Shown here piece after piece: positions 1 through 13,443 of a stretch of 64,000 bases of DNA. Source of the DNA: Octopus vulgaris. Taxonomy: Eukaryota. Location: the NCBI GenBank assembly GCA_951406725.2, contig OX597836.1, positions 35,526,001 through 35,590,000 of the forward strand, given 5' to 3'. The translations under genes and the position numbers were made by a program. The notes below the pieces were generated by a model. It was not told the origin of the DNA, did no database searches, and saw nothing but the letters and a program-made list of their open reading frames with translations. Every line of letters starts with the position of its first letter. Positions within the stretch are counted from its first letter, which is position 1.

Positions 1-7
1 CAACAAC

Positions 8-48
<41 letters not shown>

Positions 49-60
49 TAATAACAATAA
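1..60. repeat. (AAT)n/(AAC)n microsatellite
   Basis: Read directly from the sequence. Confidence 0.95.
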
Positions 61-63
61 TAA

Positions 64-538
64 GTCTCGGTACAAAAGATGGGCTACACATAATATTCTG
101 CTCAATACCACAGACTTGCTTATCAGTTGCTTGAATGTAACAAGTATTGCATGTCCCTTACTGGCTGACAATATGTACATCTCGGATCACGAGCAGAAGT
201 AGTGGGGGTGCATTATAACCATGTGTTGAGAGGGATTATTTGGGATTTGGATAGTTCACGTTTGGAAACATGGATGTTTTGTTCAACATCCTTAAACAAC
301 TCTTGTTCAGGGACCTTTTGAGCCCGATGGGTTACCTGACCAGAAGAAAATTCTTACTGGGCTCCACCTGCAAAGGCGTGCGCTGTTTATCTTGGTATGG
401 AATTATAATGTCGCGCACATATGGCTGTGATGCATGTGCCTAGTGTACCCTTATTAGACGGGTAGTCATGATGAGTATACTGGGCTTCGTATATTTTACC
501 CCAGTGTCACTTTGATGGCATGCACTGCTCTCTCACTC

Positions 539-540
<2 letters not shown>
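64..540 (+). mobile_element. About 500-bp interspersed repeat (family T), probably a LINE 3' UTR or non-autonomous element ending in (TAA)n
   Basis: Homologous to 20152-20518 (+) and 48872-49382 (-); ends GCTCTCTCACTCAA(TAA)n; both flanks are TAA repeats. Confidence 0.85.
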
Positions 541-570
<30 letters not shown>

Positions 571-644
571 TAATTATTATTATAAAAAATAATAATAATA
601 ATAATAAAATGATGATGATGATGATTATAATAATAATAATAATA

Positions 645-846
645 ATAATCCTTTCCTTTATAGGCACAAGGAGGAGGAGGGTAGTCGATTACATCAACCG
701 CAGTGTTTCACTGGTACTTAATTCAACTACCCCGAACAGAAGAGCACAGTCGACCTCGACGGAACTTGAACTTAGAACGTGAAGACAGACGAAATGCCGC
801 TAAGCATTTCGCCCAGCGTGTTAACAATCCTGCCAGCTCACCGCCG
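645..846 (-). mobile_element. Diverged tRNA-derived SINE, family C
   Basis: Reverse complement starts GGCGGTGAGCTGGCAG and matches the family C copies at 13212 and 41831. Confidence 0.8.
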
Positions 847-1241
847 TCTTTTGTATATATACGTATAAATATATATACACGCACACGCACATAGACTTCT
901 ACGCACACGCATATCTTAGCAGTACAGAAGCGACCGCATTTTGAAAATACAGAGAATTGTATTCAATATCTGTTTTAATATAACTTAATAGTTTATTTGT
1001 TTGATGTAGGCTTTTATATCAAATAAAACGAAGTTTTTACTGAAATTATTTTCAAGGATTGGTTCCAACGAGAATTCATTGTATCAGAACGATTTTTATA
1101 ACTTGTTTTAGCATTTTATTGATGTTTGAATAATAAATTCTCCATTATTCAATTTTTGAAAAACTTTTAAAATTTTATTTTAAGAAATCGCTGTTAACAC
1201 TGCACTATGAAAATGTTAGCGAAGCACAAATATATTAAAAT

Positions 1242-1409
1242 TTATTGACAATCGGGAATTATGTTAAGGAATGGGGGGAAAATAAAATCTGCTGTTTGCT
1301 CCGCTTTGGTTTTTATGTGATACATATTGTAGAGAGAATCGTTTGTTAATGTTCTCCCTAAAAAATTGTTGGTTAAATTTGTTGCTGCTTTCTCTAGTTC
1401 TATCACGGA
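1242..1409 (-). CDS. Possible terminal coding exon of an unknown host gene
   Basis: ttgtag acceptor then open frame SVIELEKAATNLTNNFLGRTLTNDSLYNMYHIKTKAEQTADFIFPPFLNIIPDCQ* in unique sequence; no homology recognised. Confidence 0.2.
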   Translation of the reverse strand, partial: SVIELEKAATNLTNNFLGRTLTNDSLYNMYHIKTKAEQTADFIFPPFLNIIPDCQ

Positions 1410-1463
1410 CCTACAATGTAATATTATGTAAGCGATAAATATCAAAATAAATCTTTAATAGGT

Positions 1464-1660
1464 AGGGTGGAGAGCTTGCAGATTCGTTATCACACCGGGC
1501 AACGTACGTAGCGGCATCTTGTCCGTCTTCATGTTCTGAATTCAAATGCTTCCGAGGTCGACTTTGCCTTTCATTCTTTCGAGCCTGTTGAGCCCCGGTA
1601 TCGATGTAATCGACTAAAGCCCCCCCCCCCCAATTACTAGTCATGTGCCAAAATTTGAAA
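1464..1660 (+). mobile_element. Diverged SINE, family C
   Basis: GAATTCAAAT B-box-like motif and GGTCGACTTTGCCTTTCAT core. Confidence 0.7.
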
Positions 1661-2356
1661 TGAATGCTATAATTGGGCGTGGTGCTCACGATGCCAGGTC
1701 GTAGGTTCAGTTCCTGAACCGAGCGGCAGCAAGTGTTCTTGACCCAAAACACTTCATTTCCCTTCCTCTGCAGCTGTGTGTGTTTGTGTGTGGGGTGACA
1801 GAATCGTAGGCAGGTCGGCAAAAATGCTTTATGGTGTATCATCCGGCCGCCTACATTCTGAGTTCAAATCCTATCTACCAAAAGGTGGCAACGGGAGATC
1901 ACACTAGTATGCATCTCAGAACTAGTCAGCAAATTCCAGTATCTACATAACAGCAGCAGGGAAGGCTAGGGATCGATAGTAAAATTTTCCTTTTATGGCA
2001 CAGTATGCACCAAATTCAGTAAAATTCTGAAGGTTACTGTAATTACTATGCGTAAAATACAAAAACATTTTATTCTTTTGTAGATTAGGTAGGCATAATT
2101 CCCCCTTGCCTTTCAATCTCAGTATTAAAGCTACACGTAGTATTGCTGTAGTACACATGCTGCGTACATTCCTACAACACCGTTTTCTTTACATGCTATA
2201 AAGACAGAAGTAAATCTGCCTCAAACTCAGTCGTGCGCCCGTGTCTTGCATTTGTGTGTGTGTGTGTTTTACTACATAAACGTCAAAAATAGCCTACCCT
2301 GAATAATTACTGGCGGCACGTGTCTGGAATGAATGAATGTATATATGTATGTATGT

Positions 2357-3070
2357 ATGAGAAATCTCGAGTTGCGCATGAGAAAGTAAGGAGGGATGTC
2401 AGGAAGGGCATCGCTGTTACACTTCCAGATGGGAAAGGTGTTCCTATGATGCTGACATGCAGTGTCTGTGCCAGACCCTGCCTCAGTAAAGCTGGACTCA
2501 AGAGCCATCTTCGTAGTCATAAAGCAAGACAGATGAGTGACAACCTGGCCACTGATGGTGGTGTTACACACCATACTAATCATATCTGTCGGGCATGTGG
2601 AAGAGAGTGTAATTCGGCAGGAGGACTTAAACGACATGCAAAGGTACATGAAGCCCAGTTACAACTACAGCCGGCTATTACCTTTTTCTTTACTACCCAC
2701 AAGGGGCTAAACACAGAAAGTACAAACAAGGACAGACAAAGGGATTAAGTCGATTATATCGACCCCAGTGCGTAACTGGTACTTAATTTATCGACCCCGA
2801 AAGGATGAAAGGCAAAGTCGACCTCGGCGGAATTTGAACTCAGAACGTAACGGCAGACGAAATACCGCTAAGCATTTCGCCGGGCTTGCTAAAGTTTCTG
2901 CCAGCTCGCCGCCTACAGCCGGCTATTACCGGTAAAGGTTTTAGTTGCCAATTCTGTACGAGACATTGTAGATCTTTGGCTGGGCTAAAAAGTCACATTC
3001 GATCACAGCACCAGTAACAGTTAAGCTTCGTGCAATGGCCATACTCGATAACGAAGGGGCAGCCATCATG
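2357..3070 (+). mobile_element. 5'-truncated LINE (RTE-like) 3' end encoding three C2H2 zinc fingers, interrupted by a SINE
   Basis: CSVCARPCLSKAGLKSHLRSH and CRACGRECNSAGGLKRHAKVH; after removing the SINE and one TSD copy, CQFCTRHCRSLAGLKSHIRSQHQ* (stop 3015-3017); the short 3' UTR plus (ATGT)n tail recurs at 38211. Confidence 0.75.
2683..2913 (-). mobile_element. Full-length SINE family C with 17-bp TSD
   Basis: TACAGCCGGCTATTACC at 2666-2682 and 2914-2930. Confidence 0.95.
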
Positions 3071-3158
3071 TATATATGTATCTATGTATGTATGCATGCA
3101 TGCATGTATGTATATACGTATGTATGTATGTATGTATGTATGTATGTATGTATGTATG

Positions 3159-3190
<32 letters not shown>

Positions 3191-3213
3191 TGTATGTATG
3201 TATGTATGTATGT
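3069..3213. repeat. (ATGT)n microsatellite (LINE tail)
   Basis: Read directly from the sequence. Confidence 0.95.
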
Positions 3214-4337
3214 CTTTTCAGATTTTATTCATTTAAATTCATCCCCTGAAAAAGATGTTGATTTGTAACAAAGATACAAAACTCTATCTTTAGAATGTCG
3301 GAAACGAAAACAATGCCACATTTTAAACCTGAGAGAAGTCTTGCAGAGTTTTACTATTCGGCTAACAGATAATTTTGTAATATGGGAATCAGTTGGTTGA
3401 TTTCTTTTTCTGAAAATCCACACTTATCCAGACAAACACTTAAACATTAACTTACAAAACCAAGTACTTCAACAAATATTATTGGTATAAATATAAAGTT
3501 ATAAACCGGATATAGAAGCTGAAGGTTTCGAACCTGTTGTCCATAGTTATCTACAGTGTTTTGATTTTCTAAGAAATGTTCACATCAAAAGAAAATCTGA
3601 CCTCTGTGACGGTAACGTACTGTTCCTTGTCTGTATCAACACCATCGCATCAATTACCGCCTCCACCACCACCACCACCACCAACAACAACAACAACGTC
3701 AACAACGTCAACAACAACAACAACAACAACAACAACAGAAGCAACCACTACTACTATCCTCCCTATCATCATCATCATCATCATCATCATCATAATCACC
3801 TGAATATCAGACCAGCTATTATTCCAGTGCTGTAAATTTACGCAGTTTCTTCGCTCTGTGAATTAACAGAAGACATTTGCTTTATGGGAATACATTTCCT
3901 CCAGCTTTGTAGTTTCATTTGAGCAGTAATTCTCCTATGTGTGTATTCTTTTAATTATCAAATAAAATTTCAGAATAGTTCATTTATGTTTTTTTTTTTT
4001 TTCCTTTTTACTTTATATGTGTTTAGTGAAAACAGTTTGGTTTATATTGGAAATTCGTTTCTTGTCTTTGTAGTTTTAAGCTAGGTCCCACGATACAAGC
4101 CTCGAGATAACCAAAACGTTTATCGTTTATGTTTTACTGATTTCACTCACTGAACGGCGGCCATGCTGTTGCACTGTATTGGGGGCGTTAAGTCGAACTA
4201 CCAGATCCATATTTGTGTTAGGATCTTATCGAGTTCAACTTTGTATGTCTTCCCACCAAGTGTGATGCATAGATTATCAATTTAAAGAGGGCTGCAGGCA
4301 AGATGCCCTCTTTTGTTGGTTTCCTGCCTTTGTGTTC

Positions 4338-4421
<84 letters not shown>

Positions 4422-4520
4422 ATCTATATATCTATTTATCTATCTCCTCTCTCTCTCTCTCTCAATCTATCTATCTACCTATATATATCTATTTATCTAT
4501 CTCCCCCCTCTCTCTCTCTC

Positions 4521-4560
<40 letters not shown>
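4338..4560. repeat. (ATCT)n/(CT)n/(TA)n compound microsatellite
   Basis: Read directly from the sequence. Confidence 0.95.
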
Positions 4561-4564
<4 letters not shown>

Positions 4565-5202
4565 CATGGCCGCAGCTCTGAGCTGAAACTTTAAAAAAAA
4601 TATATACATCTCCATATTTAGAGTATAATATAAGGTTTCAGAGCATCGCGTATTAACATACTACAAAATACACAGCACTATTCACAGAACTGTATTCTCT
4701 TATAAACTTGAATATACAGAGAGGCCGCACGGTAACAAACAGTACAACACCCACACAGATATATGCATACGTCCACATAAGTATAGAAATGCACACGAAT
4801 ATAAATACATGAAACAACACACACAACTATATATAAACACACACAAACGCACATGTATATATATATATATATACAAATACATATGTGTATATATATACAT
4901 ATATGTATATATATACATATACATATATGTATGTATATACACACACACACACACATATATATACATTGGAAAATGTGTGAGATCCTTGCTACAGTTAGGT
5001 ATATTTGAAGAATTACTTCACTGGTAGTTTTAATGTGTTTAATTTACTATTAAAAAAAATTTTAATAATATAGTTTTTACACTTTATTTCATAAATCTAG
5101 TTCCATGAACTAAAGTATAAAATTTACGTTATCAAAAAATTACAAAATATTAAATTAAACTTATTAGAACATACCTGTAAAGTCATTCTGTTTCTTTTTT
5201 CA

Positions 5203-5234
<32 letters not shown>

Positions 5235-5243
5235 CATGCATAT

Positions 5244-5403
5244 ATACGACGAGCTTCTTTCAGTTTCCGTCTACCAAATCCACTTACAAGGCTTTGGTCG
5301 GCCCGAGGCTATAGTAGAAGACACTTGCCCAAGGTGCCACGCAGTGGGACTGAACCCGGAACCATGTGATTCGTAAGCAAGCTACTAACCGCACAGCCAC
5401 TCC

Positions 5404-5404
<1 letters not shown>
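5244..5404 (-). mobile_element. SINE family B (CORE-like), 5' half
   Basis: Reverse complement of AGGAGTGGCTGTG...GGTTCAGTCCC...CCTTGGGCAAGTGTCTT. Confidence 0.9.
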
Positions 5405-5485
<81 letters not shown>

Positions 5486-5929
5486 TCATCCATGCCTTAT
5501 CTTGTTTTTTTTAAACATTTTTTTACTCTATTCATTTTTTTAATGTCTATTATGACAACTTTATACATATTTATCTATTCCTGCTTCATATTAACATCAA
5601 ATATGGTGAATTATTCGAACTTAGATCTAGCACATTAATTTTTTACCTTGGTGTATGTATCTAATACCTTAATGTACATATATATATATAAGTATACACA
5701 TACATGTTTGCAAACACACACTCATATATACTTATTTAGATATGAACAAATTTTACAAATAAATGAACATGTACATATATAGAACAACATAAGTGCAAAC
5801 AGACATGGCTGTTTTAATATGCACATATAAATACACATCCTATAAACTTTTACTTACAGAAATGCATATATATATGTGTGTGTGTACTGACACCAGTTTG
5901 TGGGTAAATATATGCATTCATATATACAT

Positions 5930-5980
<51 letters not shown>

Positions 5981-6552
5981 GATAGACATATACAGGCGTA
6001 CAAATGCGTACGTATACATATTTCAATATATAAAGAATGTGTATAAAGACTCATATAAAAACGATAGTCATTCTATAATGCATAAAAAGTAGACACTCCT
6101 ATGAAATTATGTTTGTTAACTGGACTATAAAAGTAAATATAACGCATCATGGTTAATAATAAAAAGGAAAATATATCTAGGATAGTAACAAGCATATATT
6201 CACAGAGGCTTTATTGTGTAGAGTTACCGAACCATTTTATAATCTGAAGAGTATGTAAAAAACAGTTCAGGCAATAAATATGAATATAATAGACTAAAAT
6301 GTTATACATCAGTGATTAATAATTATATTTTGCAAATAGCAGAATATCAGAATACGGTTTAATGCATTATCAATTACTTAGGAAAGACTGAGTTATATTC
6401 AGCCAAGGTAGGGAATTATTCAATCGTATTGACCTATGAAATGACGTTTCCGAAATACAGAAAACAATAATTACTTCTAGCATGAGCACAAGGCCAGAAA
6501 GTTTTGGAGGGTTTTATTGGATGTCATAGAAATCTGTATAAAACTGGAAACG

Positions 6553-6766
6553 TACGAGGGCTTGCTGAAAACTTCCTGACTTTGGATAAAAAAAAAGACT
6601 ACAGGCGTAGGAGTGGCTGTATGGTAAGTAGCTTGCTTACCAACCACATGGTTCCGGGTTCAGTCCCACTGCGTGGCACCTTGGGCAAGTGTCTTCTACT
6701 ATAGCATCGGGCCGACCAAAGCCTTGTGAGTGGATTTGGTAGACGGAAACTGAAAGAAGCCCCTCG

Positions 6767-6811
<45 letters not shown>

Positions 6812-7145
6812 TTGTGTCTGTGTTTGTACCCCCCAACATCGCTTGACAACCGATGCTGGTGTGATTAGGTCCCCGTAACTTAGCGGTTCGGCAAAAACTG
6901 ATAGAATAAGTACTAGGCTTACAAAGAATAAGCCCGGGGTCGATTTTCTCGACTAAAGGCGGTGCTCCTGCATGGCCACAGTCAAATGACTGAAACAAGT
7001 AAAAAAAAGAGTGAAGATGAGTTAATTATGATTCACACACTTATTGCAGCGGTCTTTCTGCTTTTCTGAGCTCTGTAAAAGAACTCGAAACGTTTGGTCC
7101 TTCACGATACCCTTAAAGCGGGGAGCTTTTTAGCACCCCCTCGTA
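6553..7145. mobile_element. mariner-type MITE with a nested SINE B
   Basis: Imperfect TIRs TACGAGGGCTTGCTGAAAACTTCC and GGAGCTTTTTAGCACCCCCTCGTA, with TA ends. Confidence 0.7.
6603..7010 (+). mobile_element. Full-length SINE family B (tRNA head, CORE-like segment, internal TA/TG microsatellite, GAGTAAAA-type tail)
   Basis: A-box-like TGGCTGTATGG, B-box-like GGTTCAGTCC; at least six near-full copies in the window. Confidence 0.95.
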
Positions 7146-8272
7146 TTTTATTGCCCCCCCCCCCCCAGAAAAATGTATATGTGTGTGTGTGTTTATGGAT
7201 ATATGTTTTCATGTGATATCAGTGTGGGCTGATTTGCAATACAAAGATACATTGTGGAATTTAAATCTATCTAGATTATATCATTTTGTCCTAAGGTCGA
7301 TTAGGTCTTCGTTTATCAAGAGATGAAGATATAAGATATAAGATGTTATATGCCAGCAGAAATTCCTTTCACCCGGTGCTCCAGCATGGTAGCTGTCCTA
7401 TAATTAAACCAATCAGAGATTAAATTCGATCAGTTTACAATCTGATTGTTCAATTCATGTTAGCTGCAACATTGTTATACATACATACATACATACATAG
7501 ATACATAGATACATAGATACATAGATACATACATACATACATACATACATACATACATACATACATACATACATACATACATAAACACATACCGATACAT
7601 ACGCATACTCACGCATTCAAACATATATAATACGGGGAATCATATCTTCTCAGAATACATTTCGGTTTTATTGAGCGAATCTTTGCCGTTCGATAGCAAA
7701 TCCATCTATTCGACCGAATTCGTTTTCCTTTAATCTTAGCTTCGGTCAGCCTAAACAAATCGATCGATCACGATAGTTTATTAGTTCCGAGCTTTTGAGG
7801 TCCTCTCTTTCGACGTTTCCCCATTCATAAGCTTCTCTCTTTCTATATAATTGTCTATGATCTCCCAACAGTTATAATTGTCTTCGGTTTTCCATGATGT
7901 AGATAAACAGGAGATTAGTTTCCTAATTGTTCCAAGCTCCGCTTTCATGATAACACGTTTATCAATACCACATTTAACCTTTATATCATTTCCCGTTCTT
8001 AGTTAATATCTAACTTCTTAATAATCCTTTTCCTGCTGGCATATTAGATGCTACCAATGGGGTTGGTGGTGTGTAATCTTTAATACGGATATTATCTAAT
8101 TCATTATGACTTTATGGTTCGGTTCATTCACAAAGGATCAATAACATACATTGTTGTACGTAATACATACACACACACCTCATCTCTTCCTCATTCTTTC
8201 TCTCTCTGCCTCTCTCTACCACTCTCTTTCTCTCTTTCTAATACATACATGAACACACACAAATGCAATATA

Positions 8273-9083
8273 TACGTGGTCTGAACAATAAGTATCAGGA
8301 CTGTTGCCATAATAACGAAGCTGGAGTACACAGGGTAAAGCCGCTTGACACAAATTGACCTTGAATGCTGCTGTGCATGCGCACTAAGTTTTGACGTTCT
8401 AGTTGACTTCTGCTGTTTACAAGTAGTGCTTCGAAGGAAGGTGTGTAGAGTGTGATCGTCGCATCGAACATGACGGAGAAAGTTGAGCATAGAATCTGCA
8501 TCAAATTTTGCTAAAAGCTTGGCGATACCCGCTCGGACACCAACGCAATGTTTTCAAACAATTTTCATCGTTCTCGACACAATCAAGGAGATCTTGTGCA
8601 ACTGAAACAGTGATAATGGACTGAACTGAACCGTAACTAATATGGATATCCTATTATAACTCACGGATGGTGTTTCGGCGATTTCCCCTCTGCGATGCTT
8701 GTCTCAGTCCTGTTGGTTGTGGATCTTTCAGAACTTTCGTCAATATCGACATTTTTTTCGGCCATCTTGGAAACCACTGAACCACTCTTTAAATTGTATG
8801 CAGAGCTCATACACACCTCTCCATACGCTTTCTGCAACTTTGGGAGGGCATCTGAGCAGGTGTCAGCATGACAACGTTCTCTGCTATGGTCAATGCCACG
8901 ATCACATGCTACACATCTTCCTTCGAAGCACTGCTGTAAATAGCGGAAGTGAGCTAGAACGGTAAAACTTAGTGGGCGTGAAGAACAGAGTTCAAGGTCA
9001 ATCGTTGCCAAGCGGCTTTACTCTGCATGCTGTAGCTTCGTTACTGTGCCAACAGTCCTGCTAGTTATTGATCAGACCTAGTA
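8273..9083. mobile_element. mariner-derived element made of two inverted 5' ends
   Basis: TIRs TACGTGGTCTGAACAATAAG and GTTATTGATCAGACCTAGTA; + arm encodes MTEKVEHRICIKFC*KLG; - arm encodes LQKAYGEVCMS..FQDGRKNVDIDE (mariner HTH region). Confidence 0.8.
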
Positions 9084-9945
9084 TATACGTGTATACATAC
9101 ACACACACACGCACACACACATATATATATATAAAGTAAAAAAAGAGTGAAGAAACTACAAAAGGCTTGTATTATAAGGTTAAAGAATATATTTAAGTCG
9201 TTATGTTACCAAAATATTATAAAATTTTGTGTATAGTAACATAGTTTTTGGAGAAATAAACGGTTTCGTATTTTCTTTTCAAATTTCCCAATTTCTGTCA
9301 AAGTGTTAAAAGATGAAGACAAAATGTTTGAAAAGGATTTTAATACATGCATTCAATCGTTTCGAAGAGCTTTATAAAACATGTAAATAATATGGCAGAA
9401 TAATTAAAATTAATTAAATTAGATTAATTAATTACAAGTCACTGTTCTCCTCAGTGCAGAACGAATACATAAAAAAATATTATTATTACAGAAGACAATA
9501 TGGAGGAAAAATAGCAAATAACATACTCGGATACACATATTATATCCTTATAAAAAATTAAGAGCATACTAAATGAAAGGTGTCGAGTCTGATGCGGCTA
9601 ACAGTTATTTGAAAATATATGTGAAAGATCTTTAAGAAACGTTCCCTTTATATAACTAGGTAATTTATCTACACTCCAAAAAATAAGTTGTTTATGATAG
9701 TGAGTTAAATAGAGGTGTCCAATGGAAGCATAGTTATGTTTGAATTAAGATATGACGGGATAGTTATAGCTAATATATAAGTAATATTAAGTATAGTGTA
9801 TATTTAAAGAAATTATTTAAAAAAAGAGAAATTTGTTGTGCGAAAATAAAATAAAAACTAGTGAATATAGTTCATATTGGCTACTTGAATGCAAAACGAA
9901 TGAACGGAGTTATTGTTTATATATGAAAAATATTTTTAGTGTAAA

Positions 9946-11162
9946 ATATGAAAAAAGATGTTATTATATAAATAATATATACATGCATGTATATTTATTT
10001 GTATGTATGTCTATATAGGGGTATGTGTGTGTGATTAAATATAAGATAAAGAAATAAAACTGGAATAAAACTGTTAATATTACAGAATTAAGATAGTAAA
10101 TATTTGCTGTTGCTAAGAACATTAAAGGGAACGATCAAGAAAAATGATAGATATTAAGAGGATGAGACATTAACAATGTAGGGAAAATAAAGCAGAGACG
10201 AAGATAAAAAATATTTATAAAAAGTTATAATTATCTGTATTCGATATGTTTTTGTATAAAGAATAAAATATGGGTTGAGGATCTAGCTTGGCATAAAACA
10301 AGTAGGAAGTCTAGATTAGTATTATATAATTAATAATTCTATAACTGGTAAAAGTTATAGTAAGTTGAGAGTGTAAGAAATTCCTTTTGTTTGGCGCAAT
10401 GGCCCAGTGGTTAGGGCAGCGGACTCGCGGTCATAGGATCGCGGTTTCGATTCCCAGACCGGGCGTTGTGAGTGTTTATTGAGCGAAAACACCTGAAAGC
10501 TCCACGAGGCTCCAGCAGGGGATGGTAGTGATCCCTGCTGTACTCTTTCACCACAACTTTCTCTCACTCTTACTTCCTGTTTCTGTTGTACCTGTATTTC
10601 AAAGGGCCGGCCTTGTCACTCTCTGTGTCACGCTGAATATCCCCGAGAACTACGTTAAGGGTGCACGTGTCTGTGGAGTGCTCAGCCACTTACACGTTAA
10701 TTTCACGAGCAGGCTGTTCCGTTGATTCGGATTAACCGGAACCCTCGTCGTCGTATCCGACGGAGTGCTTCCAATGGGTGCAAATAAATATATGAAAAAA
10801 AAAACAACGGAATATAATTCGTATATAAAAAAAAAATCTTATGAAGGAGAGTAATTTATATTGTATACTGATACTTTTACAGGGAACATATTTGCGAAAG
10901 AAGTATACATGGGTTTACGTATTCTAGCTACTTTGTATGTTATTATTTTTGGGGGTGTATGTGGCAGAGAGGAAACCGTACAAAGGTGAATGAGAATATT
11001 TATACCGGAGTAAAGATAAGGAAAGAAAAATGAGGGTAAAAATACGACTCAAGGTATAATTATATATTATAATTACAATTACACACACATATGAAAAAAG
11101 TTGTTATTATATAAATAATATATACATGCATGTATATTTATTTGTATGTATGTCTATATAGG

Positions 11163-11167
<5 letters not shown>
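9946..11167. repeat. 79-bp direct repeats (9946-10024 and 11089-11167) bracketing about 1.06 kb
   Basis: ATATGAAAAAAGWTGTTATTATATAAATAATATATACATGCATG...TATATAGGGGTAT, one mismatch. Confidence 0.85.
10393..10773 (+). mobile_element. SINE family A (tRNA-Arg-like head), tail type A1
   Basis: A box TGGCCCAGTGG, B box GGTTTCGATTCC; near-identical to copies at 36859, 40300, 51142 and 58656. Confidence 0.95.
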
Positions 11168-11220
<53 letters not shown>

Positions 11221-11339
11221 CATACATATATAAACATATGTATATGTGTGTTATGAATGTTGGACATACGTACATTTGCAATCATTTCATAAATTAAATA
11301 TAAATCATTGTTAACATATAACTAATAAGCAACATTAGC

Positions 11340-11420
<81 letters not shown>

Positions 11421-11849
11421 AATCATAATAATATTCATAATAATCATAATCATAATGATAGTAAAATGATAATATAAATCAATTAGATGTACAATACAAA
11501 ATGGTAAATAAAAAAATGATATCTATAAGTGCATACATTTTGTAGACAATTTGGGTACCAAGAATTACTATTATATATGTATACATATATTACCAGTAAG
11601 ACGTAATTAAATATCCGGTAGAATGACAGGTAACCTTAAGCTATAATAATTGGAATAGATAAGAGAGGTAGGTTTTAATGCAAATGGAATAAATTACAAA
11701 GAAGAAAGAAAAAAGAAAGGAAAAAATATATATGGGCAAATTGGACACCGAAGAGTTTACATATAAGTGTTTACATATATCAATTGTAAGAAGCAATTAA
11801 GTATCAAACAGATTGGCAATTAATATTAAATAACAATATGCGCTAAAAA

Positions 11850-11981
11850 TCCACTGAAAAAGCTTTAGCCGTCTCGAGGTAACAGTAGAAGTTACGTGCC
11901 CAAAGTGCCGCGTAGTGGAATTGAACCCTGATCCATGTGGTTGAGAGGCAAAGTTTTTATCAAGTAACCATGCCTGCACCT
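11850..11981 (-). mobile_element. Degenerate SINE B 5' half
   Basis: Reverse complement GGTGCAGGCATGGTT...GGGTTCAATTCC...GGCACTTTGGGC. Confidence 0.6.
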
Positions 11982-13211
11982 GTACTAAGCATCTGATAAA
12001 TTATACCCACTCCTCATTTTTGGATGTATCTCACAATGTTGGTAATTTCCACAGTACTATGGTTATACATTTTAAACATACCCTTATATTTCATATCATT
12101 ATATTCCCTGTCTTCGTTTTTTCATATTTCATAATTTCATCGAAACTCTCTCTGTTGACATTTTAAAATCTTTCATTATCTAATACTTAAATCTATTATA
12201 AACTTAGCAATCTTTAAACGTTTCTTCAAATTCTATTAATAAGAACAGTCGTTATTAAGCTGTAAATTTTAAAATTTTGCTTTATATAGTGAAACTTCAA
12301 TATTTTAACTTTAACTTAAATAATTCAACATTCGAACATATTAAAGACAATTTCTCCAATATTCATAAAGTTTTAAGTTTTTGAAATATTGTTTTAAGTT
12401 TTTGAATTTTAATTTATATTTCAAGATATTTTAAAGTTTTCCATCTTTCAATTTTTAACCTTTCACACAACATTTTAGATTTTAGTGTTTTATTTTCTTA
12501 TTTTTCTACTTTAAATGTTTTTAATTTTTAACTTTTAGCTTTTAGTTATTAAATTAGAATCTGAGTTTCTGCTTTAGCTATAAGCAGAAATCAGTCGCGT
12601 AATTTAGTTATTTCCTGAGTACAAGATTTGTAATATGCCTTTTTGCATACATTGTTACATGCTTGCAGAAGTGCCCGGCGTTGCTCGGAATTCAAAGACT
12701 ACGAGGTTTTGATAATTAGTAAATTTCCTGTGTCATTAACAACGTTAACACCAAATTCTAACAAAATTGGTCGCTTATTGTGACAAAATTATAACAAAAT
12801 AGCCGCAAATTGTAACAAAATTGGTCGCCGAGTAACGCTGAAGGTAAGCGGTAACAGTTTGATACAAAGTTCTGAAAAAGACTTTAATGCGTTCTCAGAT
12901 GGTGTAAAAATTACGGTTGAAGTAGCCTTGAAAAGGGCTGTAAGGCGTTCTTAGGTGGTATAACGGTCGTGTGTAAAGTGGTCCTGAAAAAGCCTTTTTT
13001 TTTTTTTCGTTTACATCGAAAGCAACGGAACTATAGCTGTGAAATGTGAAACACTGTGAAAACACATGACAAACATAGGTTGGACAGAGGAAAAGAAATA
13101 TGGTTGAGGAAAGTTAGTAAATTTGAAAGCATGACTGCAGTAGTACTCACTCAACACATATCAGGTCTGCAAGGCTGCAATGGGGTTTTGGAGGCACTGA
13201 GGTTCACAATA

Positions 13212-13443
13212 GGCGGCGAGCTGGCAGAAACGTTAGCACGTCGGGCGAAATGCTTAGCGGTATTTCGTCTGCCGTTACGTTGTGAGTTCAAATTCCGCCG
13301 AGGTCGACTTTACCTTTCATCCTTTCGGGGTAGATAAATTAAGTACCAGTTACGCACTGGGGTCGATGTAATCGACTTAATACCTATGTATGTCCTTGTT
13401 TGTCCCTTCTATGTTTAGCCCCTTGTGGGTAATAAAGAAATGG
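13212..13443 (+). mobile_element. Full-length SINE family C with 19-bp TSD
   Basis: GAGGCACTGAGGTTCACAA at 13191-13209 and 13444-13462. Confidence 0.95.

Noticed and set aside
2320-2748. Host C2H2 zinc-finger gene
   Set aside because: Its start lies in a microsatellite and its end in a SINE; the 3' UTR and tail are repeated elsewhere like a retroelement end
7800-7842. CTTATGA..GAAACGTC hammerhead-like string on the minus strand
   Set aside because: No stem II or stem I, and the core is mismatched
10393-10466. tRNA-Arg gene
   Set aside because: It is the head of a multi-copy SINE; the acceptor stem is imperfect and it continues into the SINE body
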